Shown piece by piece: positions 46,341 through 58,749 of a DNA stretch of 64,000 nucleotides. Origin of the DNA: Nemertoderma westbladi (taxonomy: Eukaryota > Animalia > Xenacoelomorpha). The notes under the pieces were generated by a model. It searched no databases, was not told the origin of the DNA, and was given only the letters and a program-made list of their open reading frames with translations. Location of the stretch: contig JAUCBJ010007524.1 of NCBI GenBank assembly GCA_032718475.1, positions 1-64,000 on the forward strand, read 5' to 3'. The position numbers and the translations under genes were made by a program. Within the stretch, counting starts at the first letter, position 1. Each line of letters opens with the position of its first letter.

Positions 46341-48334
46341 TATATATGAATCACGTCCAAATTTTATTTACCGAACGTAGCAAGGTTAATACAGAATTTC
46401 ATTTTTTTATTCAAATTCACTCGTGCCGTAACGATATAAATAAAGTGCAATTTTATGAACAATGACGTATATAGTTATTATTCAACTAATATATTTATTC
46501 AACAATGGATAATTAAATAAATATTCTAATTGATTAACAACCTAATATACTATAACAAAAAAGCAATACAATGACATTACATCGATCTAATCTTAATAAG
46601 GGTTTGGGCCGCCACTAAAGACAATATAACAAATTAGTAATCAGCTGTTTGGCATTGATTTTCCCCTGGAGAGGGATGACTTTTTATTGCATCGAAAGTT
46701 CCCCGCTCCTCCCCACCTGTCCCTACCCCTATTATATCAGTCAATACAATATTTACCAAAGTCTTTATTACCTACCATGTGGGCGACACTGTGACAGGCA
46801 GACCCCACTGGCTGGCTGGTACACTAACACGGAAAATTTCTAAACTTTTGCCAGACTACATGTGTACCAAGTTGGATAGATTTCATCAAGATTTGGCTGA
46901 GTTATCAACGTTTTAAATTGAACACAACAGAACGACAGACACACCGATTGAGTTAGTGGTACGTGTATGCTAAGCTGGCTTACTTTTGTGGCTCGCCCCA
47001 CACTGAGTTCGCAATGCAAAAAATTTGCAACAAAAAGCAGAGTTTCTGAGTAAAATCAAGCAGCACATTTCTCAGTAATTTCGCCCAGGCGCGGGGTCAT
47101 GATATGCTCCTATGTTATGTTTTACAAGCGTGGCGCAGGGTCACCTTACAGTACACCTAGCTATTTCTTAACCGGGCGAAGTGTCATGTCACACATACAC
47201 ATATACTTGCAAAATTTATCAATCATGTTTGAATGCAGTTCTAAGCCCTCTGAAAAATTGGATTGGTCCTTTGAGCTGCTGCTGACTGTTTTTTCATAAT
47301 ACTTTTAAAGTTAATATATGAAATTTAATGTACACAGCAGGCCTCCCAGAGATTCCTTTTTTCCCTTATTTTTAGAAGTTTGTTTTTGTTTGTCCTTTTT
47401 CACACATTTTTTTCCTTTTTTTGGTTCAACTTCAGCTTGCTGTTGATATTGACAAGGTTATAACAGAGATTGACGGGGATATGCCGATTTTTATTTTGAG
47501 TGTTTATTTTGACAAAAATCACAAGCTAAGCTACCATAAAAATGTAGCAGTTGAGGGAACTTTAATATAATTATTTTCTGAGGCCGCCTTGGTGAATTAA
47601 CATTTTGATTTTCAATTTAGGGAAAGCTACAGGTTGCAGTGGCAGTATATTCTAACCTAAACAATAAAGTAAAACCTATAACACTTACAGTTTCATTTTT
47701 GCTCATAATCAGCTGTTATTTGCATCCGTTTTCCCTTGGAGATGGTTGAATTTAAATTGCGTCTAAGAAAAGCATTTTTGTTTTTATATAAATGTAGCAA
47801 CGACCGCCGGAAATCCGTACCAAAGTTTTTATGTTACTTTCAAACTAAAGTTCTATTTACAAGCGTTTGATAAACCTTTATCAATGACCATCAATCTGCC
47901 GAGCTCAACCATCTCTGATAACTAGGCAAAAAAGGTGAAAATTTCGTAATTGTTTTTAATTAAACTGTTCTTATTTCATTGATCCCCTCTTTCTGTGTTT
48001 CTACTTTTTAACTTAAACTTTGATCTCTTCCTGTCATTTAATACAGTGATGTTTCTTAATAGGCCTATATAAGGTTAATGAAATATAATGTTTACTATCC
48101 TTTGTTTTTAAAGATAATCGATAAAAATAAATAGATAAATATATTTGATATCGGTGTTGTTAATTTTAAGTTGTAATCTGTTGTTATCGGTGGTAGTGCG
48201 AGATCGTTATGAGTACCAGTTAAATAACTGGGAGCAAATCATGGGATAGGAGTAGCGACCACCCCTACCCTCGGGTAGCAGCTATCGAAAGAGGAGCCTT
48301 CGGGTCGCCTCCGGCTTCGGCCGACTGTTTGCTT

Positions 48335-48470
48335 GCTTGATCGGTGGTAGTAGGAATAGGAAGGTTAGTAAATATGGTGTACTCAGTTTTCTTCAGGTTT
48401 AGTAATAGTTTATTGTCACGTAACCAGTCGTAGATTTTGGTTAATTCACTGTCATAAAGCAATGCTTGTC
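48335..48470 (-). mobile_element. Short L2/CR1 LINE RT fragment
   Basis: LTKIYDWLRDNKLLLNLKKTEYTIF. Confidence 0.65.
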
Positions 48471-49885
48471 TCCCAATCGGACTTACAAGTTTAAGTTTAA
48501 TAAAGAAAGCAAATAGAACATGTTCTTAATGTTCTGAAATGTTCTATAATATACAGCAGATTCAAAAGTTCAACATTACGAATATGATATATATATCAGC
48601 CCCCCCCCCCCCCCCCCCCCCTGCTAATAGTCAACAAAAGTATTATTACAAATATGATTTAATAATTATCAGTGTTATTGTTCAAAAATACATAAATGTA
48701 GACACTCAAGGCGAAATTAATTAATCCATATAAAATTAATGTATTAGTAGGCGTCTAACACCTCTACTAAATTTATATATAAACTACATAATAAATATAT
48801 TATTATCGATGATGTTATGTGAGGGCCTCACCTAACTAAGCGAAATTTTTACCAAAATGTGATTATTGTATTATTGTATGTGACTATTATTGATTGATCC
48901 ATTATGTAGCATATAGCTGAGGGGGTGAAAACGCCGACAAACGTAAACATTAAGGTTAAAAAGAACAGGTTACAGCGACAGACTGTAAAACAATAAATGT
49001 TCACTTGTTACAGTTTTAGACCCTTCGAAGACCATCGATATTATAAACTTGAGAGTAAACAAACAACACTTAATATTATAATGTGGAGAGGCGAAGGTGT
49101 CGTAGTAGTTTATGAAATAAGTTAAAATCTCTGAACCCAATAATCTAAAGAATAATTGAAGAGCTCTGGATTCGGTTATATAATTAAAACCAAGCCGGTG
49201 TTACTAATTACACCTAATCGGTAATTCTGTGTTTCACTACTTACCCTTTTTCTCTATGTAACGCACCGGCACGTACTAAACAATACCCAAATTAAATGTT
49301 ATGTAAAAATAATAATAATAAATAATTAATATGGTGTATTTCATCACAAGATTACTGCGCATTACTGGATTACTCCCTACTATTACTTTGTACTTTTACA
49401 ACTGGTGGTATAAAAGAAAAAGGTTACAACGATGGTGAAATAATGAATAATATCAGGACCGATATCTACTTTTTTGCCTAGACTTAGACTCGTCTGGACT
49501 ATATATATTACAACTGAAGCACAGAGATAAATAATGGTATCAAATAAAGTTAGACATCAACGTCATGTAGTTATTTTATTCCCTCCCAGACACACGTATG
49601 TAAACTGACACGGTACCTGTATAATATTTAGTATTACAATAACTAGTTTGTTTATTTAGAGTTCTAGCGATTAGAACTTGTGTTTATTTATATATCTCGC
49701 TAATAATAATATCAGTAAGATATTACTTACTCACATAAAATCATAATAATATTTCTTTAAAGCTTAAAATAATGTGTTTCTGTTGAAGTTATACAAAGTT
49801 TAATAAAAGTAAACCCCCAAGCACTGTGTTTATTACAGCGGGTCACAACAGCACAATGTCAGTCGGTCCAAACGAGTCAGAATAT

Positions 49886-50365
49886 TTATGCCAGGCAGGC
49901 GCCGAAACCCTTTTTGACGGCGTCTCTTGCGAAAGGTATGTAACTTAATGAATACCACGCCATCGCAAGAAATTGTACAATAACAAAAAGTAACGCCAAC
50001 GCGTTCTTCTTCCACCATAAAGCGGCGCATAAAGTAAGAATTAGAGCCAAGAACATAACGATCGTTGCAATAATACGCTTCTCGGCAAACATGTTTTTAC
50101 ACTGCTTTAGAGGTCCCATTAGGAAACACGTGCTAGATAAGGCACAGATATTTCCGAGACTGTAAAATATGGCGAAAAGCGTCATACCGAGATTGAAAAA
50201 CAAGGAAATTGTTCCAAAAATCGACATCAATATCCCGACCACGAAGCAGATAATGAACCCTTTTATTCTTGTTGACCAGCTCAATGACGTTGTGTCACTT
50301 ATTTGAGCGATAATACCTTCTTGGTCATCTTTATCACCAGATATTGATTTTCGTATTTTATCCAT
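49886..50365 (-). CDS. SFT2D2: Vesicle transport protein SFT2 (Got1/Sft2 family), single coding exon
   Basis: [10 protein letters not shown]...[15 protein letters not shown]...[19 protein letters not shown]...[16 protein letters not shown]; four hydrophobic segments; 159 aa from the MDK start. Confidence 0.93.
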   Translation of the reverse strand: MDKIRKSISGDKDDQEGIIAQISDTTSLSWSTRIKGFIICFVVGILMSIFGTISLFFNLGMTLFAIFYSLGNICALSSTCFLMGPLKQCKNMFAEKRIIATIVMFLALILTLCAALWWKKNALALLFVIVQFLAMAWYSLSYIPFARDAVKKGFGACLA

Positions 50366-51278
50366 TGGCTGATAAGACATCAATTAATGTTTTTGTACAT
50401 TCATATAAGTATCACAATTTATCATATCTAGGCCTATCATAGCCTAAAGACAGTCAACCCCCGGTTAAAATTCACTAGCCACTGCTGTTTCAATGTCATC
50501 TCCCCCTTTTCACTCAGTTGGTTACTGAAATGACCGAACGAACACAAGCATCTCGGCTGCATTTTCACCCCCAATTTGAAATGGCACACTCAAGTGTCAT
50601 CAATGCTCGCCTCTGCCAACATGAAGTCTAAAAAACGAGGATAGGTTGAAAGACAGAAAGAACAAGGAACGGTAACACAGTAACAGATCAGCAGCTGGCC
50701 GGCTTGACTGTACAGCTGTAGGTTTGCAGTCATAGTTTGTAGAAAATATGAATATAACATTGTTTGCAAGAAGGAAATAGGTTGAAACCCCATTTCACAG
50801 ACATTGCACATTGGTAACACTTTCATTCTGTCTGGAATTGGTGCAACATAATTGGTTATTTTGATCGGATCCACTTTTGAGTCTGCATTACCTACCATTA
50901 TTTCCGGAATTGTGCTTGGTACACCAATTCCGGACAAGCCCGACTCAACAAAGAGAATGCCCAGTCCCACCCACAAGATGGCACTGGACAAGTTTTATTT
51001 TGAAGCTGAATAATGTAATGTAAAGAAAAAACTTAATTTGTAGACTTATGATTGGTCAAACTGAAGTAAGAGAGGGAAATTCAATATTTTGTCCGGAATT
51101 GGTATAGTTAACCCTAGGGAAAATACAACCCAGGCTGCCAGGAGTGAGAATACACTAGGGAATTTTAACCGTGGAGTGATTTTGCATGTCTAGTGAAAAT
51201 TATCTGTAACACCGGTCAACCGGTACAATCTGTATATGCAGAATGCAGAAATATGGGTCTGCGTCTGATAATAACTTG

Positions 51279-51600
51279 AACAATTCGTATAAACACTGCA
51301 CGAAGTCTGCACGGGCACCACTGCATTATAACGACACCCCATACACCACATCCCATGCATCACTGCATTTTACATTACACCGAACAGCCGAAGGATACCA
51401 AATCACACCAAATCACAAAAAAAATTGAAAAGTAAAGTCGAGCAGGTTACAGTGGTAGCCAGAACAGCAGAAGGAACCAAAACAATAAGCGATTTGAAAA
51501 GGGTGTCGTTATAATGCAGTAGTGCCGTGCCACTGCACATAGCAGAGCCTACGTGCAGACGTGGCATACCAGCATACAGGCTTATCCGACACGAATTGTT
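51279..51600. mobile_element. Small degenerate MITE
   Basis: GGCACCACTGCATTATAACGACACCC vs GGGTGTCGTTATAATGCAGTAGTGCC inverted repeats, extending to AACAATTCGT / ACGAATTGTT. Confidence 0.55.
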
Positions 51601-51899
51601 TTGTACCAGTGTACAGACAGTGGACAGGAATACGAGGATATACCATCAGACGATTGTATTGTTATCAGGCTGTCAGGTTGTATATCTACATACAGTATGC
51701 AGTAGTACTGTAGTACAGTACAGCAGTAATAGTTGTAAAAACTTAGGTACAGACTACAGTACAGAGGTACGACTGGACGGGTAGTGCAGTGCTGTATGCA
51801 GTTGCAGAGTTGTACAGTGTAGTGGGATACCATGATCAGATGATAGGCCTACACCAGTACACCAACGTATGAACACGTACGTACAGACAGACGTATATA

Positions 51900-54800
51900 G
51901 GGCGCCGTTCTGGTCAAATGTACATGCCATTCTCGATTCTCGCTGCGAGAATCGGGCGAGAATCGAGAAAAATGACATCTCGCTGCGATGAGAATGAAAT
52001 CTCGCTGCGAGAATGAAATCTCGCTGCGAGAATGAAATCTCGCTGCGAGAATGAAATCTAGCTGCGAGAATGACATCTCGCTGCGAGAATGACACTTCGC
52101 TGCGAGAATGAAATCTCGCTGCGAGAATGAAATCTCGCTGCGAGAATGAAATCTCGCTGCGAGAATTAAATCTCGCTGCGAGAATGAAATCTCGCTGCGA
52201 GAATGAAATCTCGCTGCGAGAATGAAATCTCGCTGCGAGAATGAAATCTCGCTGCGAGAATGAAATCTCGCTGCGAGAATGAAATCTCGCTGCGAGAATG
52301 AAATCTCGCTGCGAGAATGAAATCTGGCTGCGACAATAAATCTCGCTGCGAGACTGAATTCTCGCTGCGAGAATGACATCTCGCTGCGAGAATGACATCT
52401 CGCTGCGAGAATGACATCTCGCTGCGAGAATGACATCTCGCTGCGAGAATGACATCTCGCTGCGAGAATGTTATCTCGCTGCGAGAATGACATATCGCTG
52501 CGAGAATGAAATCTCGCTGCGAGAATGGCATCTCGCTGCGAGAATGAAATCTCGTGTGAGAGAATGGCATCTCGCTGCAAGAATGAAATATCGTGTGAGA
52601 GAATGGCATCTCGCTGCGAGAATGACATCTCGCTGCGAGAATGTTATCTCGCTGCGAGAATGAAATCTCGCTGCGAGAATGACATCTCGCTGCGAGAATG
52701 AAATCTCGCTGCGAGAATGAAATCTCGCTGCGAGAATGAAATCTCGCTGCGAGAATGACATCTCGCTGCGAGAATGAAATCTCGCTGCGAGAATGAAATC
52801 TCGCTGCGAGAATGAAATCTCGCTGCGAGAATGAAATCTCGCTGCGAGAATGGCATCTCGTTGCGAGAATGAAATCTCGTGTGAGAGAATGGCATCTCGC
52901 TGCAAGAATGACATCTCGCTGCGAGAATGACATCTCGCTGCGAGAATGACATCTCGCTGCGAGAATGAAATCTCGCTGCGAGAATGGCATCTCGTTGCGA
53001 GAATGAAATCTCGTGTGAGAGAATGGCATCTCGCTGCAAGAATGACATCTCGCTGCGAGAATGACATCTCGCTGCGAGAATGACATATCGCTGCGAGAAT
53101 GAAATCTCGTGTGAGAGAATGGCATCTCGCTGCAAGAATGACATCTCGCTGCAAGAATGACATCTCGCTGCGAGAATGATATCTCGCTGCGAGAATGAAA
53201 TCTCGCTGCGAGAATGAAATCTCGCTGCGAGAATGAAATCTCGCTGCGAGAATGAAACCTCGCTGCGAGAATGAAATCTCGCTGCGAGAATGAAATCTCG
53301 CTGCGAGCATGAAATCTCGCTGAGAGAATGAAATCTCGCTGCGAGAATGAAATCTCGCTGCGAGAATGAAATCTCGCTGAGAGAATAACATCTCGCTGCG
53401 AGAATAACATCTCGCTGCGAGAATGGCATCTCGTTGCGAGAATGAAATCTCGTGTGAGAGAATGGCATCTCGCTGCAAGAATGACATCTCGCTGCGAGAA
53501 TGACATCTCGCTGCGAGAATGACATATCGCTGCGAGAATGAAATCTCGTGTGAGAGAATGGCATCTCGCTGCAAGAATGACATCTCGCTGCGAGAATGAC
53601 ATCTCGCTGCGAGAATGATATCTCGCTGCGAGAATGAAATCTCGCTGCGAGCATGAAATCTCGCTGCGAGAATGGCATCTCGTTGCGAGAATGAAATCTC
53701 GTGTGAGAGAATGGCATCTCGCTGCAAGAATGACATCTCGCTGCGAGAATGAAATCTCGCTGCGAGAATGACATATCGCTGCGAGAATGAAATCTCGTGT
53801 GAGAGAATGGCATCTCGCTGCAAGAATGACATCTCGCTGCGAGAATGACATCTCGCTGCGAGAATGACATATCGCTGCGAGAATGAAATCTCGTGTGAGA
53901 GAATGGCATCTCGCTGCAAGAATGACATCTCGCTGCGAGAATGACATCTCGCTGCGAGAATGACATATCGCTGCGAGAATGAAATCTCGTGTGAGAGAAT
54001 GGCATCTCGCTGCAAGAATGACATCTCGCTGCAAGAATGACATCTCGCTGCGAGAATGACATCTCGCTGCGAGAATGATATCTCGCTGCGAGAATGAAAT
54101 CTCGCTGCGAGCATGAAATCTCGCTGAGAGAATGAAATCTCGCTGCGAGAATGAAATCTCGCTGCGAGAATGAAATCTCGCTGAGAGAATAACATCTCGC
54201 TGCGAGAATAACATCTCGCTGAGAGAATAACATCTCGCTGCGAGAATAACATCTCGCTGCGAGAATAACATCTCGCTGCGAGATGTCATTCTCGCAGCGA
54301 AGTGTCATTCTCGCTGCGAGAATGACATATCGCTGCGAGAATGACATCTCGCTGCGAGAATGACATCTCGCTGCGAGAATGATATCTCGCTGCGAGAATG
54401 AAATCTCGCTGCGAGAATGAAATCTCGCTGCGAGAATGAAATCTCGCTGCGAGAATGAAATCTCGCTGCGAGAATGAAATCTCGCTGCGAGAATGACATC
54501 TCGCTGCGAGAATGAAATCTCGCTGCGAGAATGACATCTCGCTGCGAGAATGACATCTCGCTGCGAGAATGACATCTCGCTGCGAGAATGACATCTCGCT
54601 GCGAGAATGAAATCTCGCTGCGAGAATGAAATCTCGCTGAGAGAATGAAATCTCGCTGCGAGAATGAAATCTCGCTGCGAGAATGAAATCTCGCTGAGAG
54701 AATAACATCTCGCTGCGAGAATAACATCTCGCTGAGAGAATAACATCTCGCTGCGAGAATAACATCTCGCTGCGAGAATAACATCTCGCTGCGAGAATAA

Positions 54801-55931
54801 CATCTCGCTGCGAGAATGACATCACGCTGCGAGAATGTTATCTCGCTGCGAGAATGACATCTCGCTGCGAGAATGAAATCTCGCTGCGAGAATGAAATCT
54901 CGCTGCGAGAATGAAATCTCGTGTGCGAGAATGAAATCTCGCTGCGAGAATGAAATCTCGCTGCGAGAATGAAATCTCGTGTGCGAGAATGGCATCTCGC
55001 TGCGAGAATGAAATCTCGCTGCGAGAATGAAATCTCGCTGCGAGAATGAAATCTCGCTGCGAGAATGACATCTCGCTGCGAGAATGACATCTCGCTGCGA
55101 GAATGACATCTCGCTGCGAGAATGACATCTCGCTGCGAGAATGACATCTCGCTGCGAGAATGACATCTCGATGCGAGAATGACATCTCGCTGCGAGAATG
55201 ACATCTCGCTGCTAGAATGATATCTCGCTGCGAGAATGGAATCTTGCTGCGAGAATGAAATCTCGCTGCGAGAATGAAATCTCGCTGCGAGAATGAAATC
55301 TCGCTGCGAGAATGAAACCTCGCTGCGAGAATGAAATCTCGCTGCGAGAATGAAATCTCGCTGCGATAATGAAATCTCGCTGCGAGAATGACATCTCGCT
55401 GCGATAATGACATCTCAATGCGAGAATGACATCTCGCTGCGAGAATGACATCTCGCTGCGAGAATAACATCTCGCTGCGAGAATGATATCTCGCTGCGAG
55501 AATGACATCTCGCTGCGAGAATGACATCTCGCTGCGAGAATGACATCTCGCTGCGAGAATGACATCTCGCTGCGAGAATGACATCTCGCTGCGAGAATGA
55601 CATCTCGCTGCGAGAATGACATCTCGCTGCGAGAATAACATCTCGCTGCGAGAATGACATCTCGCTGCGAGAATGACATCTCGCTGCGAGAATGACATCT
55701 CGCTGCGAGAATGACATCTCGCTGCGAGAATGAAATCTCGCCGCGAGAATTACATCTCGCTGCGAGAATGACATCTCGCTGCGAGAATAACATCTCGCTG
55801 CGAGAATGAAATCTCGCTGAGAGAATGAAATCTCGCTGCGAGAATGACATCTCGCTGCGAGAATGACATCTCGCTGCGAGAATGACATCTCGCTGCGAGA
55901 ATGACATGTGCATTTGACCAGAACGGCACCC
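51900..55931. mobile_element. TIR element (Harbinger-like MITE) whose interior is a 19-bp satellite
   Basis: TIRs GGGCGCCGTTCTGGTCAAATGTACATG / CATGTGCATTTGACCAGAACGGCACCC enclosing about 200 copies of GAGAATGAMATCTCGCTGC. Confidence 0.85.
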
Positions 55932-56118
55932 CAAAGACGTAGGCTTCCGGTCTTCTGTTACCTGGGTTCTGGGTAGGCACTGTAGCGTAGCAAGAATATG
56001 AAATATTGGAACAGAAACCTGGAAACTGACCAACAGCAGACAGCGGCAGTGTCAGCCAATGACAGCGAGGTAAGTCACGTTTCGGATACCTGTAATAATG
56101 CAATACAAGTAGTAGGGT

Positions 56119-56423
56119 CTTGGGCGGCTCTGCGACAGTTAGACCTAACTGACACCTATTGGGTGTCATATGACACCCAATTATCACCCTATGGGTGTCA
56201 TTGGGTGTCATTGGCGCCAGACTGTCTGGGTGACACCTCCCAATTAGGCTAATTAGACCCTAATTGATAGATGTCATCAATTAATTAGTACAATTAAACC
56301 CTAACAGGTGTCATATGACTCCTAATTAGGGTTTAATTGATTATCCTAATTAATCAGACTGATTAGCGCCCTGACACACAATGGGTCATCAGTGATGTCT
56401 AACTGTCGCAGAGCCGGCTCAAG
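56119..56423. mobile_element. Short inverted-repeat element (MITE, or part of a Polinton terminus)
   Basis: CGGCTCTGCGACAGTTAGAC / GTCTAACTGTCGCAGAGCCG inverted repeat; AGGGT on both flanks. Confidence 0.6.
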
Positions 56424-57379
56424 AGGGTGTCATAAGTGACACCGCAGCTCTTTTATTCATTAATACATATTTATTTATATTTAATTTTAATTAATTATTT
56501 GTATTCTATTTTACTTTATTTATTCATTTGTACTTTATTTTAAATTAATTAATTGTATTACTTTTACTTTATACATTGATTTCTATTTTTAGATTAATTA
56601 GTTTTTATATTACCAATGAGATCACTATGACATCATGTCTATATTTAACTTTATAATGGCTATGGTATACGGCTCCCTACTGGCAACTATCAACTACGTT
56701 CATCGGCGGGGTCCCCTCCTCTGTCCTCATTATTCATTAAGTTGCACAACACGCATTGAATCTACACATAAACCCCCAAGGCAAATATAAATGAGCAGTC
56801 CCGTCTGTTAGCAGCCCCTTTGATGACTCACTAATAATCCCAACGCGACCTTGACTACACCAAATCCGTATACCGCTCAAGGCTAATGTTCCAGCGGCCC
56901 TCCTTTGTTCTCATTATAGCCGGCATCGCTTTGTCCCTTTCCTATATCCAGGCAGCCCGTATCGTAACAATGAAGCGCCTCTAATCACGCAATCCTCTCT
57001 ACTAATCCCTTTCCTTTGCACCAGACCTGCTTCTGTTATACAGCCAACTCAACATAATTAGTCAAGTTGCCTACAGGAGTTTTCTAATATAGATTCATCA
57101 ACACGAGAAGTTGCCCTGGTTACCGCTTATGCATGAACATCCAATCAGCGGGGTTCATTTCTGGTGCTGCGCTCTGATTGGCTCATTTAAGAGACAAGGG
57201 CCTCCCTTAATAACCGAATTGCTATTTAATACATCCCCACCAATATATTAGGTCATTATTTCAATTGCAAGTTACGATTAACATCATTTACCATTATTTT
57301 GTTTTCGAATTTAATATTATTTATTAAGAATATTTATTTGTTATCATCGATCAACAACCCACTTATATAGTTGTATTAT

Positions 57380-58210
57380 TGTCATTTCGCCGCGTTATCG
57401 TTCATCGTCGACAACAAACTTTCCGCGTATCCGACATACAACCGCGTAATATCTTTCCGATACCATTCCGTTCTATCGATTAATAAACTCTCTCGTCGTC
57501 CACGTCAACCAACTTCCTCATCGCCACCGAACTTCCAAACTTCTTCTTTCCGTGAATATTTACTAACACCGTAAGTAAAAACTGCCTTCCATCTAGCTAT
57601 ACTTTCGACGCCGCTAGCAAACAATTTACATTTAATGTCTACCGGTACAACAGTATTGCAGTAGGCTCATTATTAATTCTGTAATTACTGTCAGACTGCG
57701 GTGGTACCGATAGCATAAACCGTGATCGAGGCATTCAATCAATAGGTCTACATCTGTCTATCTGCTTATAGTATTTTTTCTTTTTACAAATAATCAACTT
57801 ATTTTTCTAGTGTCATTTCGCTGCGTTAACGCTCATCGTCGACACCGAACTTTCCGCGTATCCGACGCGTAATATTCCAATATTTCTAATTTCCGATACC
57901 ATTCCGTTCTATCGATTAATAAACTCTCTCGTCGTCCACGGCAACCAACTTCCTCATCGCCAACAAACTTCCAAACTTCATCTTTCCGTGAATATTAACT
58001 AACACCGTAAGTAAAATCTGCCTTCCACCATCTGACGGTACTATCGATGCCGATAGCAAACAATTTACATTTAGGCCTAATGTCTACCGATACAACAGTA
58101 TTGCAGTAGGCTCATTATTATTATTAATTACTGTCAGACTACGGTGGTACCGATAGCCTAAACCGTGATCAAAGCATTCGATCAATAGGCCTACATTTAC
58201 CTATCTGCTT
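57380..58210 (+). repeat. ~430-bp tandem duplication containing putative non-coding leader exons
   Basis: 57380-57770 vs 57811-58210; each copy has an AACACC|GTAAGT donor (57571, 58007). Confidence 0.8.
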
Positions 58211-58749
58211 GTCTACCCGACTATCGATACCGGATCATTCGAGTTAGCCTAATGCCACTGTAGTAGCGATATAGATCCTACTGAACAACAATGAATACTG
58301 CAGTTTTCACTATATATCCTACTGACTAACTGAGATCTCACACAGCGATTAGCTAGGCCTATCGTTGATTTGTATTGGTTAACGCTACCGGTACATCTGA
58401 CTTCTGGCAGACTATATCACTAGCACTACTGCACTCACACTGACTGACTGACTGTTGTTTATAGACCCTCTTTCAGTCTTTCCACGAATAATAACTGGCA
58501 TCGCTTTTGTGTCTTGGTTATCGCCACTATCTAACCGCTGGTACACTAACACTTCCACACTAGATACTGCCGACTGCCTGCTTTATGTTTCACTGACTGA
58601 TTGCTACAATACAGCAATAGGCCTAACTATATAAACACAGTATTGTTGCCTAGTAACCGATTAATACCTACTGTTTTACTTTATTTTTAGCAAGTATACA
58701 GTATTTTTTATCTTTTTATAAATAATCAACGTATTTTTCTAGATTCAAG

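Noticed and set aside
51754-56033. Many overlapping minus-strand ORFs; CRISPR-like appearance
   Set aside because: 19-bp tandem satellite without unique spacers; eukaryotic context and no cas genes.
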